In this document: positions 49,937-62,580 of the stretch, piece by piece
Position numbering within the stretch: the first letter of the stretch is position 1
Layout of the letters: each line of letters opens with the position of its first letter
NCBI GenBank assembly: GCA_028534125.1
Contig: CM052817.1
Coordinates: 29,700,001-29,764,000 of the forward strand
Direction: 5' to 3'
DNA: 64,000 nucleotides
Source of the DNA: Lama glama
Taxonomy: Eukaryota
Program-made: the position numbers and the translations under genes
The notes under the pieces: model-generated
What the model was told of the DNA's origin: nothing
Databases searched by the model: none
The model's input: the letters and a program-made list of their open reading frames with translations, nothing else

Positions 49937-50725
49937 TTTTCTTTTGTCTTTTTATTATTTTTTAACATTTTTTATTGATTTATAATCATTTTACAATGTG
50001 TGTCAAATTTCAGTGTAGAGCACAATTTTTCAGTTATACATGAACATATATATATATTCATTGTCACATTTTTTTCACTGTGAGCTACCATAAGATCTTG
50101 TATATATTTCCCTGTGCTATACAGTATAATCTTGTTTATCTACTCTACAATTTTGAAATCCCAGTCTATCCCTTCCCACCCTTCGCCCCCTTGGCAACCA
50201 CAAGTTTGTATTCTATGTCTATGAGTCTGTTTCTGTTTTGTATTTATACTTTGTTTGTGTGTGTGCTTTTTTTATTTTTTTTAGATTCCACATATGAGAG
50301 ATAGCATATGGTATTTTTCTTTCTCTTTCTGGCTTACTTCACTTAGAATGACATTCTCTAGGAACATCCATGTTGCTGCAAATGGCATTATGTTGTCGGT
50401 TTTTATGGCTGAGTAGTATTCCATTGTATAAATATACCACCTCTTCTTTATCCAGTCATCTGTTGATGGACATTTCAGCTGTTTCCATGTCTTGGCTATT
50501 GTAAATAGTGCTGCTATGAACATTGGGGTGCAGGTGTCATTTTGAAGTAGGGTTCCTTCTGAATATATGCCAAGGAGCAGGATTCCTGGGTCATATGGTA
50601 AGTCAATTCCTAGTCTTTTGAGGAATCTCTACTGTTTTCCATAGTGGCTGCACCAAACTGCATTCCCACCAGCAGTGTAGGAGGGTTCCCTTTTCTCCAC
50701 AACCTCTCCAGCATTTGTCATTTGT
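49937..50725 (-). mobile_element. Young 5'-truncated L1 (ORF2 C-terminus, 3' UTR, poly-A)
   Basis: ORF 50281-50523 MFIAALFTIAKTWKQLKCPSTDDWIKKRWYIYTMEYYSAIK...SEVSQKEKEKYHMLSLICGI is the L1 ORF2 C-terminus; candidate TSD CAGATACTCTTT / CAAATATTCTTT (49925-49936, 50726-50737). Confidence 0.95.
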
Positions 50726-50771
50726 CAAATATTCTTTGTTGATACTTTCTTTTCATTGATGTACCCTCAAA

Positions 50772-50790
50772 ACACACACACACACACACA
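50772..50790. repeat. (CA)n microsatellite
   Basis: About 10 CA units. Confidence 0.9.
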
Positions 50791-51309
50791 TAAATCCTGA
50801 TACCAAAGTAGTCCATGATATTGAATCTTCTATTTTATAATTGAGTCAAATATTATCAATCACAACCTATTTGCTTATTTTACTCTATTTATTGTTTTTC
50901 AGCAGCTGCTGTTTTCACTAATAAACATTTACTATTCAGTTAAGGAATTTCCTGCCTTTGCTTCTCTTATGTCTGTATTTAAACAACACTGAAATTCCTT
51001 CTTATATTATTTCTCAACGGGGGAAACAACAATTCAATTCACAACATCATTTTTCTGAAGATTCTCTTCAGTTCTATTAGATCTCTGGTTTTCTGTTTTT
51101 TTACTTTTTTCTTGTTATAATTCCTCATTTTCATAGGGCACAATTTTCAGAAGCTTCCTGAAAACAGATGACAATAAGTATATTTTTGAGATATTACAGG
51201 CTTCAGTATGTTTGCTTGTGTAGACCACCATGGCATTAGGACCAGCTCAGTCTAAGGGCTTCCTTTTGATTAATTCAGCATAGCATATTTTGTATTTTAC
51301 TTATTTATC

Positions 51310-52152
51310 TGTTGATGGAAATATCAATAAACAGTCTAAAATGGAGGTCTATAACCTGGGAAACACAAATTTAAGAAAAACTTGAATTGTGCTCTACCAG
51401 ACTACAAAATGGGAGAGTCTTAAAAAGGCAACAACTGCAAAGTTACATACATTGTCAGAATTAGGATTGGATCTGGCAAGAAGTAAAGGTGTTTATCAGG
51501 CAAGGATTTGTTGGGGTTTAAATGACTGCATAATTATGAGGGGAGACTTTTAGACTGTAAGGTTGCAGCTGACCAGTGCTAGCAGATGTTGTTTTGAGAA
51601 CGGCTAGAGGTGTCCTTGATCTGATAAAGATCAGAAAATTCAAGTTCTCAGGAACCTGATACAGGAACAGGTCTGAAGCAACATCCACAATGGCTACCTG
51701 CTCTGTGTTCAATGATTGTACCACAGTTACTCCATTTTGATTTTTTTTATATATTTTTAATGAAGTATAGTCAATTTACAATATTGTGTCAAGTTCTGGT
51801 GTACAGCACGATGCTTCAGTCATACATGAACGTACATAGATTTGTTTTCATATTCTTTTTTCACCATAGGTTACTATAAGATATTGAATATAGTTCCCTG
51901 TGCTATACAGTATAAACTTGTTGTTGTTTATCTATTTTATGTGCATTAGTAATGTCTGCAAATCTAGAACTCTCAATTTATCCTATTTTGATTTGCAAAT
52001 GCATTCTTTTCTTTAATGGTTAAGGCAGATGTACAATGAACATTTTAACAGTCCATAAGACAGGCTGTTCAACCTAGCATAAAGTTCAAGCCAAATCATG
52101 TGTAAGCCAGAATGACTTCCTCTAACTCAGTGTGTGAAAATGTCTTCCATTA
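51310..52152. mobile_element. Solo LTR, probably ERV1 class, split by an L1 insertion
   Basis: Starts TGTTGATGGAA and ends TTCCATTA (imperfect terminal inverted ends); flanked by 4 bp TATC on both sides; interrupts an L2. Confidence 0.6.
51744..51984 (-). mobile_element. Young 5'-truncated L1 3' end
   Basis: Same 3' UTR type as 32548-33314; TSD ATTTTGATTT at 51734-51743 and 51985-51994. Confidence 0.9.
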
Positions 52153-52156
52153 TATC

Positions 52157-52355
52157 CTATCTATTGTTTGATTCACTTCACTAAATAGTAAGTTCTATGA
52201 GGCCAGATTTTATTTGTTGCTTTATTTTCACTGCTGAATTTGCTGTGTTTGTATGTTTTCACTGCTGTATCCCTACTGCTCTGAAGGATCCCTACTAAAC
52301 GTGAGGTATCTGATACAGTTATTGAATGACACAACAAATGAATAAATAAATGAAC
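52157..52355 (+). mobile_element. L2 3' end (continues from ~51260-51309)
   Basis: CACTAAATAGTAAGTTCTATGAGG...TTCACTGCTGTATCCC...TTGAATGA...AATGAATAAATAAATGAA. Confidence 0.75.
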
Positions 52356-52369
52356 TTAGGTTTGTTTTT

Positions 52370-52690
52370 ATTGTCTGTGCTGAATACTTTTCCTTTGTAT
52401 TGGGAAATTTTCTAAAATGATTCAGTTTTATTTTCTCCCCTCAATCTCTGTTCTATTATGAATATTGGACCTCCTGACATGTTCTTTATTCTCATCTTTT
52501 ATCTTTTGTTTTCTATTTCTTTTATTATTTTAGTTATTTTTCCTCATCTCCAGATAATTTCCTCAGCTCCATCTTTCCTTTTCTGATGTTTTCATTTCTG
52601 CTTTCAAATTTTTTTCTAAATGTTTCTTTAAAAATTCATTTTCTTGTTTGGAGGAGGAAGTATCTTGTTTCACCTATGAGAGATTAATAA
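52370..52690 (-). mobile_element. Old L1 ORF1-region fragment
   Basis: TGGGAAATTTTCT; ATATTGGACCTCCTGA; T-rich; ATTTCCTCAGCTCCATCTTTC. Confidence 0.55.
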
Positions 52691-53425
52691 CAGGTGTAGA
52701 GGTATTTTGTTTTCTTCAATACATACTGTGATATAAAATAGACTACTATTTAGTACATTAATATACAATAGTTCATTTGCTTCTCAGTTCAGATCTTACA
52801 TAAATAAAATAAGTAATAGCATCATTTCTGCTGGAAAGCATAGAAAACTGAAACCCAGTAGTGTTAAGTAACAGGACCATGGGGATCAGTTAGGCACAAA
52901 AGTTCATGATAGTTCTCCTGATTTCAAATATAATAACTTGTTTATCATATTGTGTAGCTGAAATATTTTAATGTCTTGACTTTCCAGGAGACCATTCAGA
53001 GTAACTATATTTTTGTTCCGTAAAAGTATTATCTAGGATAAAATTGCTTCTTACACAATATTCTTTAGCATTAATTATATATATTTGATCCATTACTTGT
53101 CTGTATAGTAAAGTGGCTGCTGCAGAACATCAAGAACTCTAATACACAAAATTTATTTTTCTTAATAAAAAGTGTGCAGCTGCATACAATTGTAACCTGT
53201 AGAGATTTCTGAATTAATGGCTTGTAATAGTAGCTATTGAAAACTATGTTCATGGTTCTTGAAGCCTCTCATGGAGGTATGTCTTCAGAGTTCAATATCA
53301 TTTTTTCAAAGTGACTAATTCACTAGCATACAGAAAGACACCAGCATATTACATTGTGTTTTATCTTGTTTTTACAATTTCTTCTATCACAATGTATCGA
53401 AGTATTCTATTACCAAATATGTGCA

Positions 53426-53430
<5 letters not shown>

Positions 53431-53460
<30 letters not shown>
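53431..53460. repeat. (GT)15 microsatellite
   Basis: Direct. Confidence 0.97.
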
Positions 53461-53461
<1 letters not shown>

Positions 53462-53749
53462 GAAATCAACCTCAGTATTCTCTCATTCTGTATTTTAAAA
53501 GGATATAACTGCAGTATTTTGATGAAGATGTCTCGATGACATCTATCTATATCACATTAGTCTTGTCAACATCCAGTCCTTTATACAACATTAAATTGAA
53601 GATGTGAGTGAAGCATCTAATAATGATCAGCTTGAGTCTGAATTTTGAATTCTTACATGAACAATGGGTGGGAGTTGGTAGAAAAGAGCATAAGGAATGT
53701 GTGGCATAATTTTTCAATGAAATATACTATGTTATAAAGAGGGTGATCC

Positions 53750-55920
53750 AAAGATTAAAAAAAAAACCTGATGTCAGATTTTTTAAATGAAGCTAATTCT
53801 GATAGTTAGCCAAAATAAGGTGATATTAATTCGAGGTTGATGCATTGATAAATATAATCAAATAGAAAGTACAGCAGGAAAAAATTATGAAAGCATTAAT
53901 AACAGTAATGAATCTAGGAATAATACTAGTAATATATGTGCTGGGCCTTCATAGCAAGCATTATTAAATCACACAATTTAGTTAAAAAACATGCATAAAA
54001 ACCTGAAAATGGGAAGCTATACCATGTTTGTTAATTGAAATACAGAATATAAAATGTTGTTTAAAAATAATTTTCAAAAATTTATAAACTAATAATATTG
54101 ATAACTGAATAGATAGGTGACATAGGGACAAATCTTATTTATGTTGGGAATTTATTAGAGGATAAAAATGTTTTAAGAACTCACTGGAAATACTTAATTC
54201 TTTCTTCTGTAACAATTGACTTCCCATATGGAAAACAAGTAAAGATAGATCTTACTGTACTCTTACAACAATCTATTCTTTATGAATTAAAGCAAAATGT
54301 ATTAAAAACTGTTTAATCATTTTTTAAAATCTATTGACTTATTTATTAAACAAACCCAAAAGCACAGAGAGTAAAGGAAAAAAAGCATACAAATGCATAT
54401 AAAAGTATATAATTTCTTCTAAAAATAAATCTTTTGTAAGAATAATATTCCATACAAAAGCAAAAACAGATTCCCAAGGAATGAAGTTAAGAAGAATAAC
54501 AACAGATAAAGGGAAATATGTGTGATGCACACAACTGAAAAAATCCACAGAAGCCAACAAAAAAGTTTGAAAAAAAAATCTGAAAAGGAATTTACAGAGC
54601 AGACTCCTGAAAGATCAATATACATATGAAAAGATGAAAAAATGCTTAATCTCACTATGATCAAGAAATTGAAGAATTTAACAATAATGAGCTACTACAC
54701 TGATTAGATTGGCAACAAAATGTAATCTAGTAACATGAATGGTGGGGATAAATGTAGATTGGTTCTTCCACAATGGAGATCAATTTAACAATATCTGATA
54801 AAGTTAAACATGACTGATAGCCTAGTTTAAATTTTGTTCTTTGAAGTATTTACCTTTTAAAAAATACTTCCAACTTTTTTTTTGGCCAAGAAAGACCTTT
54901 AAAAATATTAAAGGTACATTTTTCCTTTAATGGACTGAGTTTAAGTGAATGAAATAGATCCGTGCACAGCACTCACTACTCTCAAAACCGTAGTGCTTAA
55001 TTCAGTTGACAGATTTACAATAATGGAAATGTTAAATTGATTTAAGAATCAGTAAGTTTACAACCGTGTTAGATACTATCATCACTTAATTATGAGGTAA
55101 AATTGTAAAAATGTGGATGAGAACGTTCAAGATGTATTAATCACAGTGGCAGCCTATAGTGAGACAGAGAAGTAAACGGAAATAGGTGGACAGAAAGAAG
55201 TGGACGTCACTCATATACAGGTATTTATTAAAGAAACTAAGTTGACACACAGTTAAGTTTAGGAAAACATTATTATTATATTTTAATGTTAAATATATGC
55301 ATATCCAGCATTGCAACACTTATTTGTGTTCCTAGAGCAATTCATGCACTTATGCTTCAGGCAATACGTACAAAATATTTATCACATTTCTATGCAGAAT
55401 ATTAAAAAATTAAAATTGTTCAAATGCTTCCCTGAGAGAGTTTGAACGTATGTATTTTGGTGTATTCTCTCAGTGGACAATGGACTATTATACATGAGTA
55501 AAACTGAATAAACTACAGCCACACTTAGCAGTATAGATCATTTGTTAAACTATAATGATGAGGAGGGAAGAGTATGCCTATGAAACGCTGTTAGTGTAAT
55601 GCCTTTTCCATAAAGCTCAAATATAAACACCTATCCAAAATAATTTGCTTAGTAATACAGTTACATAAAATGAAAATGTTTTATAAAAGTCGACAATGAC
55701 AGAGACAGAATTTAGGCTAGTGGTGATCTCTGGTGGGGGAAAGGCAAGATGAAGATGGTGAAGACAATTACCCAAATGGATAGGGTTGAAGACAGGGTTC
55801 TAGTTCTTGAGTTGGACTGATGGTGTCACGTGCTCATTACAATACTGGGCTTTATGACTTGCATAAATATCACATGTATTACTTTTTCTTATCAGTTATT
55901 GTATTAGTAGGATTAAAAAA
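53750..55920 (+). mobile_element. Ancient L1 (L1ME-like) ORF2 3' part and 3' UTR
   Basis: A skew; CATATGAAAAGATG...TGCTTAATCTCACTA...ACAATAATGAGCTAC; AACTGAATAAACTACAGCCACAC; TAGTGGTGATCTCTGGTGGGG. Confidence 0.7.
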
Positions 55921-56164
55921 TATAAGTCTCTGAAGAAATAAGTATGGAAAAGGTTAACATAAAAATGTTTCACAAGCATGAGGATGTTTCTTAAATTTAT
56001 CTTTTATCCTGAATACTTCTAAAAACAATAACAAAAATAACGCACTTGAAATTTACTTATATAAAATATATTTTGGAGGTCAAAGAACATTAATATAAGA
56101 TATGAGAACTAACATTAAAATGTGAAAGGTTATTGGTATAGAATATCAATTGGACTTATTCTGT

Positions 56165-56806
56165 ATAGTTTCAGAGGTGCTAACTAATAACATTGGAGGA
56201 GGAGGATATTCTGAGAACTTTCTGAGCTGAAAAATTAATGAGAAAGTGATTGGAGGATTGCTTAACACAGAGGATACAGTAAATGCAAAGGCAGTGTGAT
56301 GAAAGAACACATGATATTCAATAAATGGAAGAAATTTAGTGTATTAAGAACATAGAATATAAGGGAGAAAGTAGCCGGAGATGAGGCTGCAAAGGAAATC
56401 ACAGGCTACATCAAGAAGGATATTTAAATTTTTTTTAAATATTTTGAATATTTTAAAATATTTTGAATTAATCACAAGATCCCTGGAAGGACATCCCAAG
56501 TGTTTTATTAGACTGTTGAGCATAATTAAATTTGCATTATAAGGATGATTTGGATTTCTTCTTGAGATTGAAATTGAGAGAGCATATTTTCAGGCCAGGG
56601 GACTCTTACATTAAACCTTGTGATAGGTGATGGTGATCTACATAGAACCATGGTAGGGGTGAAGAAGACAAGTGGCAGTAATTGAGAGATAAAAGTAGGG
56701 TATAGTAAATAAGACTTATGATCGACCTTGAAGGAGAAGCTGAAGACGAAGATACAGATAGTGCCTAAAGTTTTGACTGGTAAAATGGATAAGCTCAGGG
56801 CCATCG
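56165..56806 (-). mobile_element. L2 fragment
   Basis: AATGCAAAGGC; GGAGATGAGGCTGCAAAGG; GAGAGATAAAAGTAGG; AAAGTTTTGACTGGTAAAATGGATA. Confidence 0.7.
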
Positions 56807-57144
56807 CTTTTTAAAATAAGATAGCTTTGTTACAATATTTATTATTTTACAATAAACTCAAAATAAACTTGAAGTTATTCTGTGTATATAACACTATCAA
56901 GGCTTCATTTAACATGAAATATTATAAACTCTGAATTTTAGTCACTCTAACTAGTAAATCTAAATTACTATGTTAAAATAATCTGTAATGAAATTACATC
57001 TTACGTCTTGCTTTTTATTGATAATAAAATTATGGAAGTTTAAATGCTAGCTTGTCTCAATATCTGATTTCCTATAAAATAGTCCCAAGATTTGACAAAT
57101 TTTCATGTGTTATTATAGACCTCAAGTAGGTTTTTTTCCTCCAA

Positions 57145-57350
57145 GCTTTTCATTTTCAGAAATGTCAAGCTTACAGAAAGTTGAAATAGTAGTACAGTAA
57201 TATGCATATGATCCTCCCCTTCACAAAGGATCAATTGTTAGTATGTCACATTTGCATTCTCTTTTTCTCTCTCTATAGGCATGTGTGTGTAAATGCATGT
57301 GTTTTTTTTGAGTGCTTTTGTGTATATTCTTTTGCTGAATCATTTGAATG
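57145..57350 (-). mobile_element. Old L1 3' end (L1MC/ME-like)
   Basis: TTTTCAGAAATGTCAAGCTTACAGAAAGTTGAAATAGTAGTACAGT. Confidence 0.65.
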
Positions 57351-57552
57351 TCACTTTGAACCTATCAAAAAAATTGTCCAAAACTTAGGACAAGGCAAAA
57401 CTGGGCATGATTTTCTCTTTTCTTGGCTATTTTTTGGCTATATATGAGGAGAAGTTAACTTGTATTTGTTTTTAATAGAAAGGCATACAAATAGATGGAA
57501 AGGCATACATATAGACTAAAAATAAGGATAAAAAAACAGGGAAATTAAACTC

Positions 57553-57630
57553 TGCTGTAGGCAATGTCTAAACTGTTCCCAAATAATGCCTATCCTTACC
57601 TCCCACTATCCTTACCCTTCTAAATATAGA

Positions 57631-57665
<35 letters not shown>

Positions 57666-58043
57666 GTAAGATTTCATTTCCCAGATTAGATCACAAAGTC
57701 TGGCTTCTGTCTTGGATGCTGTCTCCTACTATTTTACTCACTGGATCTGATGGAAGCTTTAGGTTGGGTTTTGAGCTGCCTTATAAAGAGGCCTGTGTAG
57801 CAAGGAACAAAGACCTTAGAACAGTGAGGAACTGAATCCACTAACAATAATGAAGGTGAGCTTGGAAGCACATCTTCCATCTCCCACTGTAGCCATGGCT
57901 GAAAGCTTATTGTAACCTTTAGTTACACACACTCAGCTGAGTAGCTCCCAGTTTCTTAACCCATTAAAAACTGTGAGGTAATAAATATTTGTGTTTTTTA
58001 AGCTGTTAAATTTGGGGATGATTTGTTATACAATATAGATACA
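57553..58043 (+). mobile_element. MaLR 5' LTR (MLT1F-like)
   Basis: GAGGAACTGAATCC...GTGAGCTTGGAAGCA; AAACTGTGAGGTAATAAATATTTGTGTTTTTAAGCTG...TTTGTTATACA; contains (AC)15 at 57633-57662. Confidence 0.8.
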
Positions 58044-59461
58044 GATTTTGATATCAAAGGTTGGGCAATTTCTTAAATACTTAAAGATATGAGATTGGCT
58101 GGGACCTTGGCAGTGAGTAAATATAAGAAAGCTTTTGAAGACCGTGTTATTAAAAAGCCAAAATTGCCTTTAATAGACTATTAGTAGAAATCTGGACTTT
58201 GAGGATGCTGCTAGTGCAAGCTCAAAAGAAAATGAGGAACATGTCATTGGAAACTGGAGAAAGGGGGAATCCTTTGTATATAGTAGAAGAAAGAGTAGTA
58301 ACAATATCACCCGCAGAAATAGAGAAAGTAAAAAATGTGCCTACTAAGCTGGATGACTTAGCTAAGTAGATTTTCAAGCAAAGTGTTAAAGTTTCCATCT
58401 TGTTATATCTTGCTGCTTATAGTTAAATGTGACAGGATAGAGATAAATTGTTGGAAAGAGTGTTAAACCAAAAGGAGGTGGTTCTTGGTGATTTGGAAAT
58501 TTTAAGCCTTTCCAGATTGAAAACTATGAACTTGTAAGAAAATATCTACTTCAGTAACTGCCAGTAAGATGTGATCTGGAGATGAAAGTGAGCATGTGAC
58601 CGTCAGTCCTTCTGTCAAGGCCTCAGCAGGATCTAAGAAGATTCCTCAGACTATATGACTCAGTTGTACAAAGACTTTTAAAGAGATTAAATGGAGTTCC
58701 TCCCAGATCTCATTGTCTCAAACAATAAGATCTTCATGAAGTTTAACAGTTTTTCTCAAAGGGATTTGTTGGTGTAGCTTTTGTTTAAAAGAATAATGAG
58801 AGTCACAGCAATCCCACAAAGATTTTGAGAGAATTACATTTACAGAAACCCTGTTAGCTTGAACCAAAACGATCAGAGACATTACATAATGAAAAGAAGC
58901 ATCAGATCTCCCAAACTCTCCTGCAGGAAACAGGCAGGAGTGACTCAGCATTAAACATGTACTATCTCTTATGAAAACCGAAGAGTGTATCAGATGGTGA
59001 AAAGGACCTGAGCGCAGAGCCAAGAAACATGGAAGATTATTCCTGGGCCTTAAGACTTAATCATGGAAATCCTGGCATTTTCATGGCAGGATACCAGAAT
59101 TGCTATGGAGCAGGAACTTTCTTGTGCTTCTTATTTCACCCATTTAAAAAAAATAGGAACAGCTCTTTTCATTGTCTGTCTTTGTCGCACCATAGTATGT
59201 AGGATGTGTGGGAACAGATACCTTATCTCTTTAATTCTACAGGCTGACAATCAAAAGGAACAATATTCAAGAAGAGGTAGAGAGCTATTTAAGGAACTAT
59301 ACCCAAAAAGCCTCATGTACTCTTTGAACAGATTTAGGATATGAGATTCTTACATTGAAGTGATGCTTAAATGGGATAAGCTTTTGGGGGGCCTTGGGAA
59401 ATTTTGAGAATATTACGTACATATGGGAAGGATGTTCAACTTTGGAGGTCAGAGGAGACAC
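58044..59461 (+). mobile_element. MaLR internal region (MLT1-int)
   Basis: Begins GATTTTGATATCAAAGG immediately after the LTR; GAGGAACATGTCATTGGAAACTGGAGAAAGGGG; purine-rich end TTTGGAGGTCAGAGGAGACAC before the 3' LTR. Confidence 0.85.
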
Positions 59462-59724
59462 TGTGATAGGCAGTCTCTACGATGACCCCCAGTGATCACC
59501 ACTTCCTGCTATTCATGCCTTTGTGTGTTGCTGACCCCTAGAGCATGAGTTGGACTAATGACTCAGTCCTAAAGAGTAGACAGTGGCAAAACTTTGGATG
59601 GCGCTTGCAGAGGCACCACGCAAAGCCTAGTCCAGATGCTTGACCCACAGAAACTCTGAGATAATAAATGTTTGCTGATTTAAAGTGAATTTTGGCCTAA
59701 TTTGTTACACGAATAACTCATACA
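59462..59724 (+). mobile_element. MaLR 3' LTR, internally deleted
   Basis: TGTGATAGGCAGTCTCTACGATGACCCCCAGTGATC...TGACCCACAGAAACTCTGAGATAATAAATG...ATAACTCATACA; 263 bp versus 491 bp for the 5' LTR. Confidence 0.85.
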
Positions 59725-59769
59725 GATACAGATGATGAAATGCTGATAGAACGGAAAGTCCATTAAGTG

Positions 59770-60070
59770 AGAGCATAAATAATCAAAGAAACAAAAGAAA
59801 TACATTTATTTTCAAGGAAGAGACTTGAATCTTCAGATGGACAGGGTATACAAAATGTCGGAAGGAAAGGGAACAGGTACACACTTAGCCACATGTTAGA
59901 AATTTTTGATAACCAACAAAATGTTTGATCTCTAATAAGCTGTGAGTTCATCAAAACAAGAAAGTAAACATGTTTGCAAATTTCTGGGACTTGGAAATTT
60001 TACTTACCATATTCTTCCAAGAAAGTAGAAAACATGGGTTAAAACAATATATCCACCCAGAGATAAGTGA
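59770..60070 (+). mobile_element. Possible old L1/HAL1 ORF1 fragment
   Basis: GAAGAGACTTGAATCTTCAGATGGACAGGG...CACACTTAGCCACAT resembles L1 ORF1 DNA. Confidence 0.4.
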
Positions 60071-62546
60071 ACTACACTCCAGTATGGCATCTGAACAGCA
60101 AACTTATATAGTACTTAGTGAAACTTAGAACACATAATGAGAGCAATCCGGTCTTATGTGTCTTCAGGAAGATATGGATACTGTGTTAAATATGTTGTTT
60201 GATTAAGAATGTGAAAGAGCTTAAAAATAAAAGTAAATAAATATATCTTAAATACTTATTTACTTAAAAAGTAAATATGTATTTCTTCAACTGGAATTGA
60301 GAAAGTGAAATAGATGCTCTAATTAAGACAACAAAAAATGTCATGTGAGAAAATCATGTTTCACATATAAAGCAATCTGAAATATAGCATGATTTAAAGT
60401 AATTGATCAAGAATTTAAAAAAGTGCTTTCTAAAATAGGAAAGTCAGATCATCATTAATCGAAACATTCAGCAGAGATTATTTCATGCATAATCTCTATA
60501 TATAATGCCTTTAAATTTATAAGATAATATGTGATAGTAATTTCACTATGAGGTGGATTTTTTTTCTGAATATGATTTTCATTTCTATAAGACATTAGGT
60601 TTATAGGTCATTTGTTCATAGAACTTTATCATGACATTCAGCTAAGATGTTATAAACTTATTTTAAGAAAAATAATCATAAGCTTTTCAATTGCATAGTA
60701 TGTACGATGACTTGTTTTTATGAACTAATTAAGTAAATTTCACTCCGTAGCAAGCTTTACTTAGGCCTATAGAGAAATAGGAGATTAAAAATAAACGTGT
60801 CTAATGACATTATTTTTTTAATACATAATATAAGCTTCAGAGTGATTTTCAAAGGATCTCATCTCTTGGTTATGAGTAATTTTGGTTTTTTTTATAGTCA
60901 GCATTTTTTCTAGTTTTAATTCAGTTATTTTCTTGGCAAAATTTAATTGAAGTTAAATTGTATTGCATTGTGCAAAAAGTGATTATCTCTGGGTAATTTT
61001 TAGATATTTTTAGTTTAAGTTAAAAAAATTAATATAATTTAATATTTTCAGAATCATTTTTAGCCATGCACTTTTACCACTTATAAAATTAGGAAAGTTA
61101 GAATGATTTTAATAAAAATTCTAATTATATGAGCAATTTAACAAAATGAACACAGTTTTTAGGATTTTAGCTGTACCTTACATATCCTTTAGGTTTGGCT
61201 AGTCATATGGCTATGTATCTGGCTTTCATCTATATATTTTTATTTCATTTTGTTGTAGTAGTACTTATAATATTTAATATTGTTTAAAATTTTTCTTTTG
61301 TGTTATTTAATTTTTTATGCCATAGGGAAACTATGTTAAATAGTTAATATACATAAATGTGATTTAAAGATACATAGGAGAAGGGAAATCAAATAAAAAA
61401 GGACACTAAGGACTCATGAAAACAAACTGATATAGTTCAATAGCATTTTGAATATATATTTTACTGTTAATTACTAGTGTGCCATTTTATTCAGTATGCT
61501 CAGCTTTGTCTCGCACTGATTTACCAGTGCTTCCTTGATCTTATATCCTTTTTCTGTTTCCACACATAAAGTACACATGCAGTCTAGACCTAAAACGCAA
61601 ATAAATATGCATATGAGAATTAAAAGGAGATTCAGCGTCCGTTTCAAGTCTTGCCCTGTAGGTTGACTGTGGTTTCTTTCTTTTACCACTTGTTTTCTTT
61701 ATGCTGGGTGGGAAAGCCTAGTTATCTCCAGTCTTCTCATGGCCGCTCCCTCCAAAATGTCCACTGTTTGCCTTTATTACAGTAAGAGCACTTCATCCTC
61801 CTTTGCATATGACTACCATTCACTCTGCTTTAAAAATAGAAATCTAACACTCACTCTATTACCTACCCAGTAGGTATCTCTGTATAGCTATGTATCCATC
61901 AATACTTTCATCCATTCACCTACGTTAGCTAGATTTTTTTACGCTAACCCTGCCAAGCTCTTTCAAATATTCTATTTTCACCCATCTTTGAAGATTATCC
62001 AGTTTGTCAAAATACTATGATTTACTCTTTTAAAATATTTTTGCTTTTTTAAAAAATATTTCTATATTTTAAATTTCTGACTCATGATATAGAAATAGAG
62101 AAGGAGAGAGAGAGAGAGGAAAAGAAATATATGATTGCAATAAACATTGAAGATTCTGTAATAAGTGTTAATCCTTCAAGGACCTCAGGCCTAAGGATAT
62201 TACACAAGCTTATGGCTATGTAGATTTGGGTTAAGAGAATGGATTTTTAGCAGAATGTTGTTAGGAAAGTTAATTATCCTCAATTTTTAAGTCTCAATTT
62301 TTTCAACAACAACAAAAGCTGTTTATTTAACAAAACTCTCTACTTAAAATAATTCTTATAATGACTGGAGTTAAAGTATTCCATGTTATTTTCAAACTTG
62401 GTATGCATCAACTTTATTTCAGGAGTTATAAAAATAGGTAGAAAAATACAAATAGGTGGATTAGTGGCATCAACATTTTTGTTTTACTGGATATGTTCCT
62501 TTGACTATACATTTGACCTTTCTTCCTTCTTTTCTTCCTTTTTCCC

Positions 62547-62580
62547 TCCCTCTCTCTCTCTCTCTCTGTCTCTCTCTCTT
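62547..62580. repeat. (CT)n microsatellite, imperfect
   Basis: Direct. Confidence 0.9.

Noticed and set aside
50281..50523. Well-preserved 80 aa ORF
   Set aside because: L1 ORF2 C-terminus in a 5'-truncated copy with no promoter; not a host gene
56425..56470. AAATATTTTGAAT tandem/palindromic run
   Set aside because: Ordinary AT-rich slippage within an L2
58718..59344. ORFs of 101 and 93 aa
   Set aside because: Lie within the decayed MaLR internal region; no recognisable domain
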